The notes under the pieces: model-generated
Told to the model about the DNA's origin: nothing
The model's database searches: none
The model's input: only the letters and a program-made list of their open reading frames with translations
Made by a program: the position numbers and the translations under genes
Assembly (NCBI GenBank): GCA_964036045.1
Contig: OZ038378.1
Location: 59,458,001 to 59,522,000 of the forward strand
From: Eutreptiella sp. 'Long Island Sound 2002'
Lineage: Eukaryota > Protista > Euglenida
Direction: 5' to 3'
DNA length: 64,000 nt
In this document: positions 56,734-64,000 of the stretch, piece by piece
Position numbering within the stretch: the stretch's first letter is position 1
Layout of the letters: every line of letters starts with the position of its first letter

Positions 56734-59569
56734 GCATGCTGCGGCGGAACTCAAACGCATACGAGACCAGGTACCACACTTACGGCCCTTCAACTTCCGC
56801 ATCTTTAGTACTGTCGTCCATAGGACCGTCGGGAAGGGTATACCCCAGACGCCAGACCGCGCGGCACCGCACCCAGCGAACGCCACCACGGCGCTGATGC
56901 GACGCTTCAAACGCACACACACACACTGGAAACCGGTGCGGTTGGACAAAAACCAGGCATGTTATACTATGCTGTGTGAGTATGTATACTTGATACTTGT
57001 GCACAGGGTGTTCGCTGACTCACCCAACTATAAGCACTACTACACGGCGACCAGTACATGGATAATGTCCGAGGTGCTGACCATCTACTACTACATGTGC
57101 TCCATAGCCATACCAACCCTACACGCGCGCACGAACCCACGTACGCTGCGCACCAACCTGACCCACAACGTCCCGGTACTGAAGGGTATCAAAATGCCCT
57201 ACGCAAAGGTCCGGGCACTGTGGGACCCAGGTAAACTGCGGGGGGGAACAGGAGATGACAAACTGTGGGAACAACTGCGTGATGACATTTTTCAGCAAGC
57301 CATACAGGTGTACCATGAAGCGGCACTGAAAAATCCTGACATACACATGCCAGGGACACAGCACGTGTACGGGGCACGAAGGGGCAAGCGGTGGAAGGTG
57401 CCAGGGGTGAGGGTCAGCATGAAAAACAAGTCCATGCCCCTGATGATTGACGATGCAAAAACTCGTGAAATCTTCACGCAAGCAGGACACATGTTTGAAG
57501 CTGCACTGAAAAAAGTGGGACGCATCCAACATGTACTGGTAAAAAAGTATATGCAGACCTTCATCACACTGGAGATCGTTGACCAGCAACATCTCCTGTG
57601 GGGGTTCCTGGAGCCCTGTAAGCGCATGTATGCATCCAGGGATATCGCCACAGTGGCGTTTGAGTTTGATGTGGAGCGAATGTATCCGAATATCCGACGC
57701 CAGCGAGTATTGCCTGCATACCGCAACCTCGACAGACGCATGAGACAAATGGAAAACATCACCCGGGGGGAGCAGCAAACACACATCTCCATTGCAAAAG
57801 GTCGGGCCCGCCAACTGGATGGGCTCGGCCACAAGGGTACGCGCCATTTTGATGTATATACCATGGAGGAGTTCATGGAACTCCTCGCTTTTCATCTGCA
57901 CCTGAATGACTTTTATGGGATGGGGGAGGAGTTGTGGCGACAAGCAACAGGAGTTGCCATTGGGGGTTTCTTGAGTGCGGCGAACGCCGACATCGTACTG
58001 ATGGAAGCGGAAAGCCGAGTGGGATGGGGGGCAGAATTCCCCGACACGGTACAGTTGGCACCCTTTCGTGATAATGTCTTCGGGTTTTGCCCGGAGGCAG
58101 AGGCGCACTATTGGATTCCGAAAATCAAAGGTTTTTTGGAAAACATCTATGGCCTACCGCTCACGTACGAGACACTCGGCCATAGCGCCACATTTTTGGA
58201 GTGCCAAGTTACTATTCAGGGCCACATCCGCTGGGGCCTGAAGAATAAAAAACTCTTGTCCCACCTGGGCAAAGCACCAGTGGTGCAGCGATACCCAGAC
58301 CCCAGGGAGCCCAATGCAAGGGATGTGGTACACGGCCTGGCGGTTGGCTTGGGCCTCAAGTGCGTGCACATTGCATCAGATGACGACAAACGGCGGGAAA
58401 ATTTTGTACATACCATATGGGAGTTCACACAGGGTGGGTACCCAAGGACCTGGTGGGAACCACAGCTCAGGGGCGCATACAACATGCACCCATCATTACG
58501 ACAGGTGAAGTGGCCCCTCCTGGGGGCACACATGATGTGGGAATGCCCTGTCCCACCTGGACTCGTGTACATACAACAGCGCGCGCTGCCACAGATAAAC
58601 CTACACACAGACATGCCACACATGGATACCTTCCTTTGCCACTCAGGTGAGTTAATGACGGTGCAGCAATATGTCAACATGCATCCACCACAGCCACCGC
58701 CTGTAATTATGAAGAAGCGCACAGCGGCCGCGGATGAACGGCAGACAGCCAAAAAGCGCCGCGTGCATGCGCCCCCCCTGCCTGCACGTGTGACACGCAG
58801 CGCGGCTCGTGCACTGGGCATGGACGTCCGCGACGTCCATGAATTACAGCGCGCGCCAGGAGGGGCCTGCACACCACAACCCCACGCAGTGACAGCAATC
58901 CAGCCACCACGCACAGAACGTGTAGGCGATGTTACCGTACAGTACCATCTATACCCAAAACGACGAGATGCACAGGCCAAAAAAGTGCGCACGGCAACAT
59001 CAACAACGAGGCCCTGTAACAGGGTGAGCCAGATCACAGAACCGGCCGTTACGCCACAGGTTCGCAGCCAGAAGGGAAGGGGGGGGGGGGGCAGGACACC
59101 CCGCAAGCGCGCCAGACCACCGTCACCGCGCGCACCACCGTCGACACGCGCGTGTATGTCCAAAAAACGCCGATGTACAGGTGTGCGGGTGCAGAACTGC
59201 TCTCCTCCCACAGCCCAGAACAGGCCTGCTAACCCAGCAGAACCCCAGAGGTCTCTGCCCAGTCTGGACCCTGCGTGCACACACACTGCCCAAAAACCCC
59301 CCGTGAGCGCTGACCATGCAGGGTCCAGCGATACACCACTGCCCGACGAACCTGCAGCAATGCCACACACACAGCAACAGTTGTCAGACGACGACTCAGA
59401 TACGCATAGCGAATCTGGGCCTACCACGCTGGTACCTCGGGGGCCGACTGTCAGCCCCCACCAGGTGACACAGGTATGGCAATGGTGGAACAAAGAAATT
59501 GCCCCGTGGCGCGGCATCATACTAGGTCGCTGGGAGGCCGCACGGTTTGACTCAATGCCCACACTCTAG
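56621..59569 (+). CDS. PLE ORF2, second part: reverse transcriptase with long Pro-rich C-terminal tail (probably inactive)
   Basis: VRLDKN, FEFDVERMYPNI, WRQATGVAIGGFLSAANADIVL, PFRDNVF (the xxDD site reads FRDN), ATFLEC. Confidence 0.85.
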   Translation: MSLHTADDRVHHFGDEWSPLLCMRLQQSVSPTVHTLHEHAAAELKRIRDQVPHLRPFNFRIFSTVVHRTVGKGIPQTPDRAAPHPANATTALMRRFKRTHTHWKPVRLDKNQACYTMLCEYVYLILVHRVFADSPNYKHYYTATSTWIMSEVLTIYYYMCSIAIPTLHARTNPRTLRTNLTHNVPVLKGIKMPYAKVRALWDPGKLRGGTGDDKLWEQLRDDIFQQAIQVYHEAALKNPDIHMPGTQHVYGARRGKRWKVPGVRVSMKNKSMPLMIDDAKTREIFTQAGHMFEAALKKVGRIQHVLVKKYMQTFITLEIVDQQHLLWGFLEPCKRMYASRDIATVAFEFDVERMYPNIRRQRVLPAYRNLDRRMRQMENITRGEQQTHISIAKGRARQLDGLGHKGTRHFDVYTMEEFMELLAFHLHLNDFYGMGEELWRQATGVAIGGFLSAANADIVLMEAESRVGWGAEFPDTVQLAPFRDNVFGFCPEAEAHYWIPKIKGFLENIYGLPLTYETLGHSATFLECQVTIQGHIRWGLKNKKLLSHLGKAPVVQRYPDPREPNARDVVHGLAVGLGLKCVHIASDDDKRRENFVHTIWEFTQGGYPRTWWEPQLRGAYNMHPSLRQVKWPLLGAHMMWECPVPPGLVYIQQRALPQINLHTDMPHMDTFLCHSGELMTVQQYVNMHPPQPPPVIMKKRTAAADERQTAKKRRVHAPPLPARVTRSAARALGMDVRDVHELQRAPGGACTPQPHAVTAIQPPRTERVGDVTVQYHLYPKRRDAQAKKVRTATSTTRPCNRVSQITEPAVTPQVRSQKGRGGGGRTPRKRARPPSPRAPPSTRACMSKKRRCTGVRVQNCSPPTAQNRPANPAEPQRSLPSLDPACTHTAQKPPVSADHAGSSDTPLPDEPAAMPHTQQQLSDDDSDTHSESGPTTLVPRGPTVSPHQVTQVWQWWNKEIAPWRGIILGRWEAARFDSMPTL

Positions 59570-59826
59570 CAATGGTACACAGCGAAGTACCGATACGACC
59601 ACCATTACTACTACCAAACCCAGGCACCACCACCACAGGAAATGTGGGAGACAGGTATTTTGGAATTCTGCTCCCCCGAGGCCAGGGCGTGGATGGCGCA
59701 GCGAGACATGGAGCAGGCATACACCAGTTCATCCGACGACATGATGTAACATGTGTTTACATGCTGGACTGTGTTTGTCAACACAGTACCACCTATAGAA
59801 CAGAGGGCCTCTTTCCCCCCTTTTTT

Positions 59827-60054
59827 TCTGACATGGGATGGGCTGGCGTTCTTTGCATTAGAGTAACGGAAGTGCACATACACGTGTACAGCGGGAAAGA
59901 TGAAACCCCATGCACGCACAGTTCGGGTGCGGTGCATCATACACTTGCATGCGGATTGTATGGCGACGTGCTGCACTATTCGCTACATCTTGTATTGCAG
60001 GGTAATGCGCATGTGATCAGTCTTTGCTTGTTCCGTTTGCTGTGTTGTTGAAGT
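59827..60054 (+). repeat. 3' pseudo-LTR (228 bp)
   Basis: Direct repeat of 52849-53076. Confidence 0.9.
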
Positions 60055-60709
60055 TCAGAGGGACTTCTGTTTTCTGCTAGTGAGGTTGAAGAGTCGGATA
60101 ACGAAGAAGAAAGCTATAAACGAAAGAACGCAAATCTTGGTTGCAGCTAAGGAGGCTGCCTCTTCCCGGGCTTGTGTTGAGGCCGGAACAAGGGGTTTGC
60201 GGACCAAGAATCAAAACAGCACGGTGAGTCAAACGGGTCATCATAGGTTGAAGCATACCCCGGGCCGCAAACCCACCTTGCCGCATAGTATTGAGCAAGC
60301 ATTGTTCAAGTACGTAGACGAGTACCGTTGGCGTGACAAAAAGGCCTAGTGAGAGCATGAGCAATGCCCCCATGCGCCGAAGGTATACCCTCCCTCCTTC
60401 AGTGTAGCAGACCCCATTTGTGGCAGCAGGCAGATTTCACCTATATCTACATGCGCGCCTCATAGTTTGGGGTAGATGTGTCCATTTCATGAAAAATTGG
60501 TGTATATGAGTAGGGTGGATCGTCCTCTACAAGATGACCAACTTGGTTTTTGCGTGGTGAGCCAATGAACCCTCTCCCGAAGCGCGACTGTGACCAGTAC
60601 TGAACAAAAATCACCAAAAAGCTGCAACTAGGCAGTGAACTCTTTAGCAAAACCCTCTCCCTCCATGGGGTAAGTCGTGTCAAAACAAACCAACGAAGGC
60701 ATTTCTGAG

Positions 60710-60964
60710 TATGTAACTGCTAAGATGTGGCCTTTTTTGTTCACATGGACACGTACGCGTTGAAATGTCAACTCGTACGCACTGATTTTCCGCACCGTAC
60801 GCACTGGGTACCAAACGCGCACGCGCTGCGTACGATTTTGCGCCAAACGCGTACGCAGTGGGTACGGTTTGGTAAATCAGTGCGTACGAGTTGGGATTTT
60901 AACACGTACATGTTGGGCTTTTAACACGTACGTGTCCATGTGAACAGATCTTAGCAGTTACATA
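60710..60964. mobile_element. Foldback MITE-like element with nested inverted repeats, flanked by TA
   Basis: TATGTAACTGCTAAGAT / ATCTTAGCAGTTACATA outer arms; GTTCACATGGACACGTACG middle arms; CAACTCGTACGCACTGATTT perfect inner arms. Confidence 0.7.
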
Positions 60965-61309
60965 GCCTGGGTCAAGCCATACCATCATGCCATAAGCGGT
61001 ATGGGGTCAGAAATTGGGCTGTTTCGGCCCAGATTTATTTTGGCTCAAAAAGTCCAAAAATGGCCCCTGGTACGGGTCCTACGAGTAGGGCTGACACAAC
61101 CAACCCCTTATCCATTGATCAAAATCCTCTGTGCCATCTGGGTCCCTCAGATTCCCCGTCATCCTGGGAGCTTGCAAGTGTTATCCGGTGTGGTGTCGCG
61201 CGACAGGCGCTGATGGAAAAGGGTCGTGAATTTGAAAGCGCATGTGGCGCCAAACCATAATTTAATTTCTGCTAAATCTGGTGAATCTGTTATTTTAAAT
61301 GTGTTAACT

Positions 61310-62401
61310 AGGGGCGAGATTTCAGGACGATAATCGTTAACTCCGTCTCGCGGGAGAGTTAACGATTATCGTCCTGAAATCTGGAGGGACCGAGCCAGAG
61401 TTAACGATTATCGTCCTGAAATCTGGGCCAACCGCCAATTCACCTGGGGTTGTGACCAATCAATAAAACCGGCTCTTCGAGCCGGTTCCAATGAGCCTAT
61501 CCGGAAGAATTTTCATTTTTCAACCGAAAAAAACTTTTTCGTAACCGGCAATAACCACGGTTGTCATGATGACATCGTCATGACAAGAGGAATAAATAAC
61601 AAAATAACTAGTTTGCATAGAGGAAGAAAACTGGGTAGTATGAACATAATCGGGCCGTTTTTATGTCGTTTTTAATCATTTTCGCATGAATTTCCTTCAA
61701 ATTTAAGGCAGATTCATCTACAAATCCATTCTCCTCAATTTGTAGACATCATGTCTAAAAGAATGGAGAACATGCTTGATGCTGGATTGCCCCCGCCACC
61801 ACCGGTGGACGACTTCATGCGCTTTCCTCCTCGGACCGTTCCTCGCGAGAACATCTGCAACAAGTGTTCTAGGGAGATTTTCGTTTTGCGGCCATTGCGT
61901 GGTGGTAAGCGGATTTCTTGCAATGCTTGCAATGCCCCTTTTCATGAGAAATGCTTCTACAGCTCTGTTGTGAAGCCAGAGGATGGGGTGGGCCCTTGTT
62001 GTCTTGAGGCACAGTAGTATGCCCATCAATCTATCTATATATCTATCTATAAAAATGGACATGTGTATTGTTGCATGTTGTTGTATAGTGGGACTTTTTT
62101 TTCCCATACAGGTTTTTTTTCATGCCCAATGTGGTTTTCAAGCGTTCACTCACTTTGCTTTGCCTTGCACGTGCTTGAGGAGGGATGGGGCATGTGGCGC
62201 TGATATCTATAAAAATGGACATGTGTATTGTTGCATGTTGTTGTATAGTGGGACTTTTTTTTCCCATACAGGTTTTTTTTCATGCCCAATGTGGTTTTCA
62301 AGCGTTCACTCACTTTGCTTTGCCTTGCACGTGCTTGAGGAGGGATGGGGCATGTGGCGCTGATATGGAGTTAACGATTATCGTCCTGAAATCTCGCCCC
62401 T
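61310..62401. mobile_element. 1.1-kb element with perfect 35-bp terminal inverted repeats (non-autonomous DNA transposon)
   Basis: AGGGGCGAGATTTCAGGACGATAATCGTTAACTCC (61310-61344) is inverted at 62367-62401. The core motif also occurs at ~61357, ~61398 and ~62433. Internal ~160-bp duplication at 62045-62365. No TSD found. Confidence 0.65.
61751..62017 (+). CDS. Small PHD-finger-like ORF inside the TIR element
   Basis: CNKC...ISCNACNAPFHEKC...GPCC matches most of the C4HC3 pattern; the last Cys pair is irregular. Confidence 0.45.
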   Translation: MSKRMENMLDAGLPPPPPVDDFMRFPPRTVPRENICNKCSREIFVLRPLRGGKRISCNACNAPFHEKCFYSSVVKPEDGVGPCCLEAQ

Positions 62402-62564
62402 TGAGTTAACACTTTTAGGTAATCGTTCAGTGTTAACGCTTATCGTCCTGAAATCTCGGCCCTATAGGAGCGTTAACACTGAACGATTATGTAATAAAAT
62501 GTTGTTTTTAATAAGAAATCCAAGTGCCAGCAGCAGAAACCTATAATTCGCCTGTGGTGAACTA

Positions 62565-62715
62565 CCCTTGTCGCACCCTTGTTGCGCCCTTGTTGCGCCC
62601 TTTTCGCGCCCCTTGTCGCGCGATAACACCCCTTATCGCGCCCTTATCGCGCACCCTTGTCGCGCGATAACCCCCTTATCGCACCCCTTGTTGCACCCCC
62701 TTGTCGCGCCCCCTT
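62565..62715. repeat. Degenerate ~11-12-bp minisatellite, (CCCTTGTCGCGC)n-like
   Basis: About 10 imperfect copies of CCCTT(G/A)T(C/T)GC(G/A)C. Confidence 0.85.
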
Positions 62716-63199
62716 TTGTGTTCTATTCGTAGGTGTCCATTGCACTTTTCCCTCTGCCCTTGTTCTCAGACCTTCTCTTGTGTCCGTGGGGACTTGCCGG
62801 TGGTCATGGAGGCTTTGGGTGCAGCCGGAGTGTGCATTGGGGATTGGGTGGAACAACACAAACGGGTTTTGGGGACACGAAGGGTGGTGGGACCGGGTTT
62901 GGTGTTGCAAGCTGCCACGGTAAGGGCATCTGATGAGCAGCTAACCTTCGATGCAACCACTACTTTTGCCCACATCCGTGTGACACGACAGGTTTTTGGG
63001 GAGGTCACCGGGTCGTGTCTCAGTGACATGATCTACCCCATTATGGATGCCAACCCCAACCTTTTGGGTTGCACCCTTGATTTGGTGAATGCCGACACCG
63101 ATGCACTGGTGTCTGTTTTTCGAAGCAAGGTGAGCCCGAAGGTTGGAACACGGGTCACCAACTTCATCACCCCCCTCTTCCAGGACCTTGATGCAGATG

Positions 63200-64000
63200 G
63201 GAAAAGAAAAACCGGGTGCCAATTTTCTGCCCAAAGGGCAAAAAAGGAAGAGGTCGCCGTGATACATCACGAGCGAGTTTTTGAGGTGAAGGACTGTGCC
63301 TCTGTTTTGCCGGTTTTTTCTCTTCCTTCAAATGGGTCCACGGCCTGGGCCGACCCATACTATGGTTTCACCACCCCGTTTTTTTATACTTCCGCCACTG
63401 TTGTTGCATGGCCATTGCATAGTGCAGATCCACTCATTGGTTCCGGTGACGCACCGATTGAGTCCCCTGAGTGGGAGGGTTTCAATGAATCACTCCCAAA
63501 CCTTGTTCGCTTGGAGCACTGTGTTTTGCGTGCCACTTTGAGTGCCTCATTGTGGGCACTACATCTGTTAATCTCATGTGGCACCCTCAGAAGCCAAGGG
63601 TGCACAAGGCACGTGATGAGTTGGACTGTCCTTGTTGGGAAGCGATGCATGGAGGTGGTGAAATTGGCACCCCCATCCCCGAGGACTCTCACCTGATCCG
63701 TGCTGATGCTGGAACCATGTTGGTGTTGCGACATGGGCACCTGGACCGTGTGGGATGCGGCGGTGACGCAAAACTGTTCCACAAAATCACTTTTGACGAA
63801 TTTGTGAAATTTGACCTCGATGCCAATGACATATTTCTGCTTCGTTCCACACTCATGCGCCAGCTGCGGGGAGTAGCGATAGGGGGAACATGTTCTGCAC
63901 CATTAGCCTGTGCCTACTGCATCCAACGTGAAAACCTATACTACCAGATAGTCCGCCCCTTTGCACTCCACCCTGTTGCACAACTGCACCCTCTGCACCT
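63200..64000 (+). pseudogene. Second, divergent Penelope-like RT remnant running off the window
   Basis: A frame not in the ORF track (codons starting at 63663) reads ...KLFHKITFDEFVKFDLDANDIFLLRSTLMRQLRGVAIGGTCSAPLA, colinear with ...TMEEFMELLAFHLHLNDFYGMGEELWRQATGVAIGGFLSAANA of the first PLE. Confidence 0.7.

Larger units (their letters stand above)
52849..60054 (+). mobile_element. Penelope-like retroelement with N-terminal GIY-YIG (Naiad/Chlamys-like domain order) and an upstream ORF1
   Basis: 228-bp direct terminal repeats without TG..CA ends, a GIY-YIG domain, and PLE-type RT motifs. Confidence 0.8.

Noticed and set aside
52849-60054. Classification as a true LTR or DIRS element
   Set aside because: No TG..CA ends, PBS, PPT, protease, integrase or tyrosine recombinase; the RT motifs are PLE-type.

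Overview
Eukaryotic, transposon-saturated DNA with short GT-AG introns and long G/C homopolymers; the organism cannot be identified from the sequence. No intact host gene is evident. From left to right: (1) two copies of an RNase H-bearing LINE 3' region flanking about 5 kb of GC-rich repeats (1-7.9 kb); (2) a decayed multi-exon gene (8.3-10.8 kb); (3) a chain of 10 minus-strand Helitrons joined head-to-tail (11025-52288), made of two cargo-bearing deletion derivatives, seven 0.7-0.9 kb non-autonomous units and one 12.4-kb RepHel element; (4) an 18.5-kb Ty3/Gypsy chromovirus inserted into that chain (15653-34130, CGCAC target-site duplication); (5) a Penelope-like retroelement with N-terminal GIY-YIG and a separate CCHC/RRM-like ORF1 between 228-bp direct repeats (52849-60054); (6) MITE-like foldbacks and a second Penelope-like RT remnant. 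The best candidate for an undescribed system is the chromovirus. Besides gag, protease, RT, RNase H, integrase and chromodomain, it carries three nucleotide/base-modification modules: a dUTPase, a Dam/DIRS-type adenine-methyltransferase-like domain, and a downstream AlkB-type 2OG-Fe(II) dioxygenase ORF. All domain calls come from motifs read by eye and need profile-search confirmation.
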